Made by a program: the position numbers and the translations under genes
In this document: one piece after another, positions 45,186-53,701 of the stretch
Numbering within the stretch: the stretch's first letter is position 1
Layout: every line of letters starts with the position of its first letter
Notes under the pieces: model-generated
Told to the model about the DNA's origin: nothing
The model's database searches: none
The model's input: only the letters and a program-made list of their open reading frames with translations
Origin: Patescibacteria group bacterium
GTDB lineage: Bacteria; Patescibacteriota; Microgenomatia; UBA8517
DNA: 55,194 nucleotides
Direction: 5' to 3'
Assembly: GCA_042571305.1 (NCBI GenBank)
Contig: JBHPHS010000002.1
Span: forward strand, 1-55,194

Positions 45186-45191
45186 TGCCTT

Positions 45192-46475
45192 ATGATTAAG
45201 AATATTCACTTTATGGGCATAGGAGGTAGTGGGGTTGCTGGGGTAGCCGCTCTTGCTTCACAAATGGGTTTTGGAGTTACAGGATGTGATTTGGAAAAAA
45301 ATACAGCTTATTCTAAAAACGTAGTTCAGGGACACAGCAGGGATCACCTTAGGGGAGTTGATTTGGTTGTAGCAAGCCCTGCGGTTTATTTTCAAAACTC
45401 CAATCACCCTGAATTTTTGGAAGCTAAAAAACAAGGGAAGCTAATAACCTGGCAGGAGTTTTTAGGGGATTATCTAACAAAAGGTAAAAAAGTAATTTGT
45501 GTTGCCGGAACGCATGGAAAATCTACAACAACAGCAATGGTGGCAAAACTGTTAATTGATGCAAAGTTTGACCCTTTGGCTTTGGTTGGTGCAGGGGTTT
45601 TTAAGTGGCGAGGAAATAGCAGGTTTGGAAAAGGTGAATATTTTGTTATCGAAGCAGATGAGTTTTTTGATAGTTTTTTAAATTACCACCCAGAGATAAT
45701 AATTTTAAACAATATTGAGTTTGACCATCCTGATTATTTTAAAAGTGAAACCCAGCTTTTTAATTCTTATAAGAGCTTTATAGAAAACTTTATTGGAGAA
45801 AAGGTTTTGATTGTCAATTCAGATGATCTTGGTGTTAATAAACTTCTAAAAATGATTAATTTAGACGATTTTAAAATCATCAAATATAGTCCAAAGAAAG
45901 AATGTTTGGGGCTTAGGCTAAAAGTTTTCGGAAAACATAATATTGCAAATGCTTTGGGTGTAAAAGCTTTAGGAAAGTATCTTGGAATAAGTAAACAAAT
46001 TATAAATGATTCTCTTTCGACGTTTGAAGGAATTGAAAGAAGGATGCAGCTTTTAGGAATGACCAAAAAAGGTGTTTTGATATACGATGATTATGCTCAT
46101 CATCCAACCGCAATTTCTGCAACACTGCAGGCGCTTAGAGAAAAATACCCTAACAAACGTATTTGGGCAATTGTTGAGGCACATGGTTATGAAAGAACAA
46201 ATACGCTATTAGGTTCATATAAAGGTGTGTTTTCTCAAGTAGACAAAGTTATTGTAGGTCCGATATTTAAAGCAAGAGATAAAAAGACATTTGGTGTAAC
46301 ACCTGAGAAAATAGTCAAAGCTTCCAAACACAAAAATGCATTAGCAGCTAATTCATTTAAACAAATTCAATTAATCTTGAACAAAGAAGTAAAGAGTGAT
46401 GATATTATTTTGGTTATGGGTGCAGGAAAAAGCTATTTATGGTCAAGAAAACTTTTAAAGAACTTACAACAATAA
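45192..46475 (+). CDS. murC: UDP-N-acetylmuramate--L-alanine ligase MurC
   Basis: IHFMGIGGSGVAGVAALA, VAGTHGKSTTTAM and DDYAHHP motifs. An alternative upstream ATG lies at 45174. Confidence 0.9.
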   Translation: MIKNIHFMGIGGSGVAGVAALASQMGFGVTGCDLEKNTAYSKNVVQGHSRDHLRGVDLVVASPAVYFQNSNHPEFLEAKKQGKLITWQEFLGDYLTKGKKVICVAGTHGKSTTTAMVAKLLIDAKFDPLALVGAGVFKWRGNSRFGKGEYFVIEADEFFDSFLNYHPEIIILNNIEFDHPDYFKSETQLFNSYKSFIENFIGEKVLIVNSDDLGVNKLLKMINLDDFKIIKYSPKKECLGLRLKVFGKHNIANALGVKALGKYLGISKQIINDSLSTFEGIERRMQLLGMTKKGVLIYDDYAHHPTAISATLQALREKYPNKRIWAIVEAHGYERTNTLLGSYKGVFSQVDKVIVGPIFKARDKKTFGVTPEKIVKASKHKNALAANSFKQIQLILNKEVKSDDIILVMGAGKSYLWSRKLLKNLQQ

Positions 46476-48631
46476 GAACAGGTGGAGAGATTAGCTATTT
46501 TAAGCCGGTTAAAAACAAAACTGAGCTTAAGAAGGCAGTATCTTATGCCAAAGAAAAAAACTTACCAATTTTTATACTGGGTGGTGGTAGTGATATTTTA
46601 GCATCAGATAGGAATTTTAACGGAGTTGCTATAAAGTGTCTAAATAATAAAATTTACATTAAGGGTAATGTAATTAAAGCCGAAGCAGGGGTAATCTGGG
46701 ATAATTTAGTTTGTGAAGCGATATCTGATAATCTACAAGGAATAGAAAAGCTTTCAGGAATTCCAGGAACAGTTGGTGCAGCACCTGTCCAAAATATCGG
46801 AGCATATGGTCAGGAGCTTTCCGATGTTTTTGTAAGCTTAACCGCCTATGATATCAAAAATGAGAAATTTGTTACGTTTAAAAAGAAAGACTGTAAATTT
46901 GGTTACAGAGAAAGTGTATTTAAGAAAAAATCACATTGGCAAAAATATATTATTTGGGAAGTAACTATTAAGCTTAAAATAAATAATAAACTTGGTCTTT
47001 TTATAATCCGAAATCACATTCTAAATACAAGAGACAAAAAGATTGACGATTGGAAAAAGGTTCCTAATGCAGGTTCGTTTTTCAAAAACCCAATTGTAGA
47101 TGAAATCAAACTTAAATATTTGCTGAAAAAATATCCAAATATGCCGTTTTTTAAGCATGGTAATAAATTTAAACTCTCTGCTGGTTGGTTTGTTGAAAAA
47201 GCAGGATGGAAAGGAAAATCTATGGGAGAGGCTATGGTTTCTGGTAAACATGCACTAATAATTACAAATCCTAAAGGTAAAGCTTTTGCAAAAGAAATAA
47301 AATATCTTGCAGACAAAGTAGCTATAGATGTATATAAAAAGTTTAATATCAAGCTTACCCCTGAGGTGCAGCTTATTAATTTTGTCTGCATCGAAAAGAA
47401 AAAGAATGTCGCTATTTTAGGTTATGGAATAGAAGGTAAAGATGTAAAAAAGTTTATTAAGAGTCGTGGGCTTAAGGTAGATATATTAGATCGGAAGTAT
47501 GATAAATATTACTTAAAGGATTTAGACAAATATGACACCATTATCCGTTCACCTGGAGTTTATCGATATTCACCGGAACTTGTTAAGGCAGAAAAAGCGG
47601 GGGTTGAAATAACAAGTGCAATCAAGATATTTTTTGATTTGTGCCCGGGAAAGATTATCGGTGTAACCGGTACAAAAGGCAAAGGAACAACTTCAACTTT
47701 AATTTATGAGATATTAAAAAACGCCGGTTATAATGTTTATTTAGCCGGAAATATTGGCAAACCATACCTTGAGCTTCTTCCTAGATTAACTAAAAAATCC
47801 TGGGTTGTTATGGAAATGTCATCATTTCAGCTAATAGATATGCAAAAAAGTCCAGTAATTTCTGTTGTTTTAAACATTACATCTGATCACCTTGATTGGC
47901 ACAAAAGTCAAAAAGAGTATGTTGAAGCAAAGAAAAACATTGTCAAATACCAATTAAAAAATGATTGGGCGGTCTTGAATAAAGACTATAAAAAATCCGA
48001 AAGCTTTGAAAAGTATACGAAAGCAAGGGTAATTTTCTTTTCCAAAAACAAATTGGAAAATGAGTATAGAAAAGATCTACTTCTTAGGGGTGTGCATAAT
48101 CTAGAAAATATTGCAGCAGCAGTTGCTGTTGGGAAAATATTGAAAATCAAAAGTGAAATTATGCTTGATACTGTAAGAAGCTTCAAAGGGCTTGAGCATA
48201 GATTGGAGCTTGTCAGACGTGTTAATGGAGTCACTTTTTATAATGACTCTTTTGCAACAGGACCACAACCAACCATTGCTGCAATTAAGTCATTTACCGA
48301 GCCAATTACGATTATTTTGGGTGGAAGTAAAAAAGGATTGAATTATAAAGAACTTGGTAAGGCAATAAAAATGACAAAAAACATTAAAAATATTATTTTA
48401 ATTGGTACAACAGCTAGTAAAATTGTAAAAAGCTTAGGTAATAAAGAAACTGATATTAAAATATACAATTTAGGTTTTACGCCAATGAAAGAAATTGTGG
48501 CAAAAGCATATCATGTGTCTAAAAAAGGAAGTGTAGTTATATTATCTCCTGCTTCAGCATCTTTTGATATGTTTGAAAATTACAAGGATCGAGGCAACCA
48601 GTTTAAAAAAGCTGTCCTAGCTTTGAAATAA
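46439..48631 (+). CDS. Fusion protein: MurB (UDP-N-acetylenolpyruvoylglucosamine reductase) plus MurD (D-glutamate-adding ligase)
   Basis: The MurB part carries TTIRTGGE, GGGSDIL, IPGTVGAAPVQNIGAYG, YRESVFK, NAGSFFKNP, SAGWFVEKAGWKG and PEVQLINF. After about 47390 comes MurD: VAILGYGIEGKD, GVTGTKGKGTTST, EMSSFQL, NITSDHLDWH, GLEHRLE, NDSFATGP and SPASASFDMFENYKDRGNQF. It is a single frame with no stop or in-frame ATG at the junction. Confidence 0.85.
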   Translation: MVKKTFKELTTIRTGGEISYFKPVKNKTELKKAVSYAKEKNLPIFILGGGSDILASDRNFNGVAIKCLNNKIYIKGNVIKAEAGVIWDNLVCEAISDNLQGIEKLSGIPGTVGAAPVQNIGAYGQELSDVFVSLTAYDIKNEKFVTFKKKDCKFGYRESVFKKKSHWQKYIIWEVTIKLKINNKLGLFIIRNHILNTRDKKIDDWKKVPNAGSFFKNPIVDEIKLKYLLKKYPNMPFFKHGNKFKLSAGWFVEKAGWKGKSMGEAMVSGKHALIITNPKGKAFAKEIKYLADKVAIDVYKKFNIKLTPEVQLINFVCIEKKKNVAILGYGIEGKDVKKFIKSRGLKVDILDRKYDKYYLKDLDKYDTIIRSPGVYRYSPELVKAEKAGVEITSAIKIFFDLCPGKIIGVTGTKGKGTTSTLIYEILKNAGYNVYLAGNIGKPYLELLPRLTKKSWVVMEMSSFQLIDMQKSPVISVVLNITSDHLDWHKSQKEYVEAKKNIVKYQLKNDWAVLNKDYKKSESFEKYTKARVIFFSKNKLENEYRKDLLLRGVHNLENIAAAVAVGKILKIKSEIMLDTVRSFKGLEHRLELVRRVNGVTFYNDSFATGPQPTIAAIKSFTEPITIILGGSKKGLNYKELGKAIKMTKNIKNIILIGTTASKIVKSLGNKETDIKIYNLGFTPMKEIVAKAYHVSKKGSVVILSPASASFDMFENYKDRGNQFKKAVLALK

Positions 48632-49407
48632 TGCAGACGAAGGATAGACCAGTCGGTATATTTGATTCAGGTGTAGGAGGTTTAACGGTAGTAAAAGAAA
48701 TTATCAAACTTCTTTCACACGAGGATATTATCTATTTTGGAGATACAGCCAGAGTTCCGTATGGGACAAGGAGTACACAAACTATCAGAAGGTTCTCAGA
48801 GGAAAGTATTGAATTTTTACTTAAAAAGAAGGTTAAGTGTGTGGTTATAGCCTGCCACACCGTTTCAGCTGTTTCAGGTAGGTATCTTAAAAGGAAATAT
48901 TCAGATATTTGTTTGTTTGATGTGGTGACACCGGTTTTAAAAAAGTTAGCAAAGAGTAAGGAAAAAATTGGAGTAATCGGTACCAGAGCAGCAATAGGAA
49001 GTGGAATATATTCAAATTTAAACAAGGTAACACAAGTTGCTTGCCCTTTATTTGTTCCTTTCATTGAAGAAGGTGAGGTAGATGGAGAGCTGATTTATAA
49101 ATTAACTAAAAGATATTTGGGAAAGCTGAAGGTAGATACTTTAGTTTTTGGCTGTACACATTATCCAATAATCGAAAAAACAATTAAAAAGGTTCTTCCA
49201 AATACCAATTTAATCAATCCAGGTGTACTTGTCTCTGAGGACTTGAAGAGCTTTTTGAAAGAAAGTAATCTTTTAAACAATCAAAAGAAAAAATCTACAA
49301 GAAAATATTACGTATCAGATCTAAATGAAAGATTCACAAACGTTGCTAAACTTTTTCTTGATGATAATTTGAAATTAAATTTAACGAAGGTCAAAGCAGA
49401 TAAATGA
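48631..49407 (+). CDS. murI: Glutamate racemase MurI
   Basis: GIFDSGVGGLTV, YFGDTARVPYG, VIACHT and FGCTHYP (both catalytic Cys motifs). Confidence 0.9.
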   Translation: MQTKDRPVGIFDSGVGGLTVVKEIIKLLSHEDIIYFGDTARVPYGTRSTQTIRRFSEESIEFLLKKKVKCVVIACHTVSAVSGRYLKRKYSDICLFDVVTPVLKKLAKSKEKIGVIGTRAAIGSGIYSNLNKVTQVACPLFVPFIEEGEVDGELIYKLTKRYLGKLKVDTLVFGCTHYPIIEKTIKKVLPNTNLINPGVLVSEDLKSFLKESNLLNNQKKKSTRKYYVSDLNERFTNVAKLFLDDNLKLNLTKVKADK

Positions 49408-50330
49408 AAAAAAAACTAAAGGTAGCAGTCTTAATGGGTGGATCATCTTCTGAGCGTGAGATTTCGATTATTAGTGGGAGAGAAGTTGTTAAAAATCTAG
49501 ATAGAAACAAATATGAAATACAACCCGTGGTTTTACCCAATTCATTAGGTATTATAAATATCCCAAAAGATATTGACGTAGCTTTTATAGCTATGCATGG
49601 ACCTTACGGGGAGGATGGATGCATACAAGGATTACTAGAGATGAGAGGTATTAAGTATACGGGGTCTGGTGTTTCTGCTTCTGCCATAGGGATGGATAAG
49701 TTTATGTTTCGTAAGATTATGGTTGCTGATGGTTTATTAATACCCAAATATATAGTAATTACAAAAAAAGATAAAAATGTTGACATAAAGATGAAAAAGT
49801 TAGGTAATTATCCTTTTTTTGTTAAACCAAACGATCAAGGCTCTTCAGTTGGAGTATCTATTGTGAAAAATAAGCAAGACCTTAAAAAGGCAGTTAAGAA
49901 AGCCTTTGTTTATTCTAGTAAAGTTCTGATTGATGAATATATTAAAGGAACAGAACTAACCTGTGGTGTTGTTGGAAATGACAATCCTGAAGCTCTACCT
50001 GTTATTGAGATTGTTCCAAAGAATAATTTTTTCGATTATGAATCTAAATACAGCGAAAAAGGAGCAGAGGAGATTATTCCAGCAAGAATTCCTAGAAAAG
50101 TTGAAACAGAAACTAGGGACTTAGCTATTAGGGTATTTAAAAGTGTGGAAGCAAGGGGTTTTGCTAGAGTAGATTTTATCTTAAAAGAAGGAAAGCTTTA
50201 TATTCTAGAAATTAATACTATCCCGGGTTTGACACCGATGTCTTTAATTCCGAAGGAGGCAAAGGCTGTTGGAATAACATATCCAAAACTTTTGGATAAA
50301 ATTATCAGATATGCAATTGAAAAAACATAA
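49404..50330 (+). CDS. ddl: D-alanine--D-alanine ligase
   Basis: VAVLMGGSSSEREISIISG, HGPYGEDGCIQGLLE, an ATP-grasp core and EINTIPGLTPMSL. Confidence 0.95.
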   Translation: MKKKLKVAVLMGGSSSEREISIISGREVVKNLDRNKYEIQPVVLPNSLGIINIPKDIDVAFIAMHGPYGEDGCIQGLLEMRGIKYTGSGVSASAIGMDKFMFRKIMVADGLLIPKYIVITKKDKNVDIKMKKLGNYPFFVKPNDQGSSVGVSIVKNKQDLKKAVKKAFVYSSKVLIDEYIKGTELTCGVVGNDNPEALPVIEIVPKNNFFDYESKYSEKGAEEIIPARIPRKVETETRDLAIRVFKSVEARGFARVDFILKEGKLYILEINTIPGLTPMSLIPKEAKAVGITYPKLLDKIIRYAIEKT

Positions 50331-51457
50331 ATATAAAAGCTGGGTAGAGGTGTCAAGAGGTGCAATTATTGCAAACTATCTTCAATTTCAAAAAATCGTT
50401 GGTAAAAATACCTTGGTTGTTCCTGTTGTTAAAGCCAATGCTTATGGACATGGAATGAAAGAGGTAGTTACCATCCTTAAGGATAAAACCAACTTTTTTT
50501 GCGGTTGATAATGTGGACGAAGCTTTGCAAATCAAAGAAATTGATAGCGAACTCAAAGTTTTGGTTCTTGGTTATACAACCTTGGAAAATATCAAAAAGG
50601 CAGTTGATATTGATATTTCATTAGTTGTTTATAATACAGAAACTCTAAAAAAGATTGTCTCATTAGAGGCTAATAAACCAACAAAGGTTCATTTAAAGAT
50701 TGAAACGGGACTTAACAGGCAGGGGGTAAGAAAAAGGCAACTCATCAAACTTATACAGTTTATTAAAAAACATAAGGATAAAATACACCTTGAGGGAGTT
50801 TCTACACACTTTGCTGATATAGAAGACACGCTTGATTCAACATTTGCTATGAAGCAGCTTGAGGAGTTTAAAAAATCCATTAGCTTTATAAAAAACAAAG
50901 GTTTCAAACCTGCATTAATTCATTGTGCTGCTTCAGCAGGTATGCTTCTTTATAGCAAATCGCACTTTTCAATGGTTCGTACTGGCATAAGTTTGTATGG
51001 TTTATGGCCATCTGCCGAAACACGAATATCAATGCTTGTAAGAAACAAAAAAATATCGCTAAGACCGGTAGGTGTATGGAAAAGTGTTGTTGCTCAAATA
51101 AAGTCTATTGATGTAGGGGAATCCGTAAGCTATGGTAGAACTTGGTTTGCTGCCAGAAAATCAAAGATAGCAATTGTTCCGGTTGGATATTCCGATGGAT
51201 TTGACAGAAAATTATCTAATATCGGAAGAGTAATAATAAACGGAGCTTATGCAGATGTTGTGGGTAGAGTGGCAATGAATATGATTATGGTTGATGTTAC
51301 AGACATTAAGGGTGTTTCCCTAGAGGATGAGGTTGTCTTACTGGGAAAGTTTAAGGGGCTTGAGGTTTCTGCTAATGAATGGGCTAAAAAACTTGCTACA
51401 ATTAATTATGAAGTGGTTTCAAGAATCAGCACTTCCCTTCCCAGAATTATAATATGA
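50311..51457 (+). pseudogene. alr: Alanine racemase interrupted by a 1-nt frameshift at a T7 tract (ORFs 50311-50508 and 50513-51457)
   Basis: ORF 1 carries the PLP-lysine motif VVKANAYGHG and ends ...KTNFFCG*. Removing one T from the run at 50494-50500 reads ...KTNFFAVDNVDEALQIKE..., the canonical Alr continuation. ORF 2 carries SYGRTW and VSRIS. Confidence 0.85.
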
Positions 51458-52605
51458 AAAATATTAATCCTGTTGTGCGTTGGTGGGTAACTCCGGAACT
51501 GCCATACCATGATATTTATGAACCCCCACTATTGAAAAATAAAAGTAGAATTGCTTTTTATATTCATCTTTTTTCACACTGGGTTATACATCCTATTAAA
51601 AGACGTTTGGCTAGGTGGTATTTAAGATTTTTGCAAAAGACAACCGATATTAAGGTTATTGGGGTGACTGGTAGTGCGGGTAAGAGTATTACAGTTCAGA
51701 TGATTGCATCAATTCTTAAATGTAAAGGCACAACTTTATGTACTCTTTCTAGTGTTGATTCCGTATATAACATACCAAATACAATTCTGAGATGTTTACC
51801 TAACGTTAAGTACTTAGTACTTGAAATGTCGGTTGAGTATCCGGGGGAAATGGATTATTACCTTTGGCTTGCTAAACCTGACATAGGAGTAATTACCAAC
51901 ATTTTTCCAACCCATACAGAATTTTTAAAAGATGTACACGGGGTATTAAAAGAGAAAGGGAAGTTGGTAAGAGCTCTTGAGAAAAACGATTTTGCTGTTT
52001 TAAATAGGGATAATACAGCCTTAAAAGAAATTGCTAATAATTTAAAAACTAGGGTTGTTTGGTTTGATTCAAATGTCGATTTAGATATTCAAAACGCCAA
52101 CGCAGCAATAGCGGTTGCAAAGCTTTTAGGTATTGGTAAGGACGAAATAAAAAAAGGCCTTGAGACATATAAGAGACCGGAACATAGATTCAAAGTAATA
52201 AAGCATAAATCTAAAGCGGTGATAGTTGATGATTCCTACAACAGTAATCCCGAGGCTCTACTTTCGGTACTTAATAAATTTAATAAACTTGCTGGTCATG
52301 GTACAAAGATAGCTGTATTAGGTGATATGTTGGAGCTAGGAAAAATTTCCAGTCGAGAACACAAAAGGGTAGGGAGGGAAATTGCCAAGTCTGGTTTTGA
52401 TGTGGTTATTGGGGTGGGAGATATTATAAAAGACCTACTGGATGAAGTAAGTAAAAAATCAAGCAACACAAGAACTTATCACTTTTCCAAACAGGAAGAA
52501 GTTTTACCCTTGTTAAAAACGTATTTAAAGAAAAACACCTTTGTACTTATTAAGGGTTCAAGGTCAATTGGTCTTGATAAAGTAGTTGACGGTCTGATTA
52601 AATAG
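51454..52605 (+). CDS. murF: UDP-MurNAc-tripeptide--D-alanyl-D-alanine ligase MurF with a non-canonical N-terminus
   Basis: GVTGSAGKSIT, DDSYNSNP, LGDMLELG and KGSRS motifs. The first ~65 aa do not resemble the usual MurF N-domain. Confidence 0.8.
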   Translation: MKNINPVVRWWVTPELPYHDIYEPPLLKNKSRIAFYIHLFSHWVIHPIKRRLARWYLRFLQKTTDIKVIGVTGSAGKSITVQMIASILKCKGTTLCTLSSVDSVYNIPNTILRCLPNVKYLVLEMSVEYPGEMDYYLWLAKPDIGVITNIFPTHTEFLKDVHGVLKEKGKLVRALEKNDFAVLNRDNTALKEIANNLKTRVVWFDSNVDLDIQNANAAIAVAKLLGIGKDEIKKGLETYKRPEHRFKVIKHKSKAVIVDDSYNSNPEALLSVLNKFNKLAGHGTKIAVLGDMLELGKISSREHKRVGREIAKSGFDVVIGVGDIIKDLLDEVSKKSSNTRTYHFSKQEEVLPLLKTYLKKNTFVLIKGSRSIGLDKVVDGLIK

Positions 52606-52617
52606 TAATTGTAGGAT

Positions 52618-53673
52618 ATGCAAACACCAGATTTTTTACCTTTGGTTTTAGGACTTGTTATTTTTTCTTTCCTGATTACCTCAGTTGTGATAGTTCCCTA
52701 TATCGATCTTCTTTATAAACTTAAGCTAACAAGAAGAAAAGAAGCTCCAAAAAAAGGTAAAGTTCCGTTATTTGATAAACTTCACGATATAAAGGCAGGT
52801 ACCCCTGTTGGAGGAGGGGTTTTAATAATTTCTGTTGTGAGTATGCTTTTTGCAATCATTTTCCCTCTTGCATCACACTTGGGTATTTTTGTTCAAACAT
52901 CATACCCACTAAGATATGAGCTTTTTATCATATTTTTTACTTTTGTCTCTTTTGGGATATTAGGGCTTTCGGATGATCTAATAAAAATATTTGGTAAACC
53001 ATCAAAAGGATTAGTGGGACTTTGGTTTGGATTAAGGAGAAGACAGAAATTTTTACTTCAGTGGATATTAGGTCTTTTTATTGGTTATTTGATTTACGAT
53101 AAATTAGGAATACATATCCTAAATATTCCCTTAACAGGTAGGGTTATTGATATGGGTGTTTGGTTTGTGCCTTTTGGAGCTTTCGTCATAGTTTCTTTCA
53201 CCAACGCTTTTAACATAACTGATGGGTTGGACGGTCTTGCTTCGGGACTTTTGATGATTTGCCTTCTAGCCTTTGGGATTATTGCTGCGGGGAGCTTGGA
53301 TACTCCCCTTTCTCTTTTTATAGGTATTTGGTTGGGGACATTAATTGCTTTTCTTTACTTCAATGTATGGCCTGCAAGATTTTTCTTGGGAGACGCAGGT
53401 GCTCTTTCGTTTGGTGCAATGCTTGGAGTGATAGGTCTATTAACAGGGAGTATTATTGCATTGGTTGTTATTGGAGGTATATTTGTAATAGAGATAACCT
53501 CATCAGCTATTCAAATAATTGGCTGGAAGATTTTGAAAAAGCCCATACTACCTCTTGCACCGATACACCATGCGTTTTTAGCTATTGGTTGGGAAGAGCC
53601 TAAAATTGTCATGAGAGCTTGGATTGCTGGAATTATTCTTGCAATCTTTGGTTTATGGCTGGCTACTATTTAG
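52618..53673 (+). CDS. mraY: Phospho-N-acetylmuramoyl-pentapeptide transferase MraY
   Basis: NAFNITDGLDGLASG, FLGDAGALSFG and PIHHAF motifs, with AGGA 4 nt upstream of the ATG. Confidence 0.95.
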   Translation: MQTPDFLPLVLGLVIFSFLITSVVIVPYIDLLYKLKLTRRKEAPKKGKVPLFDKLHDIKAGTPVGGGVLIISVVSMLFAIIFPLASHLGIFVQTSYPLRYELFIIFFTFVSFGILGLSDDLIKIFGKPSKGLVGLWFGLRRRQKFLLQWILGLFIGYLIYDKLGIHILNIPLTGRVIDMGVWFVPFGAFVIVSFTNAFNITDGLDGLASGLLMICLLAFGIIAAGSLDTPLSLFIGIWLGTLIAFLYFNVWPARFFLGDAGALSFGAMLGVIGLLTGSIIALVVIGGIFVIEITSSAIQIIGWKILKKPILPLAPIHHAFLAIGWEEPKIVMRAWIAGIILAIFGLWLATI

Positions 53674-53701
53674 CTTATCCCAACTTTGCTACAATAAATG
53701 T

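Noticed and set aside
53259-53603. 114-aa plus-strand ORF in an alternative frame of mraY (Cys/Trp-rich)
   Set aside because: The overlapping frame encodes canonical MraY motifs. The alternative frame has an odd composition and no start context.
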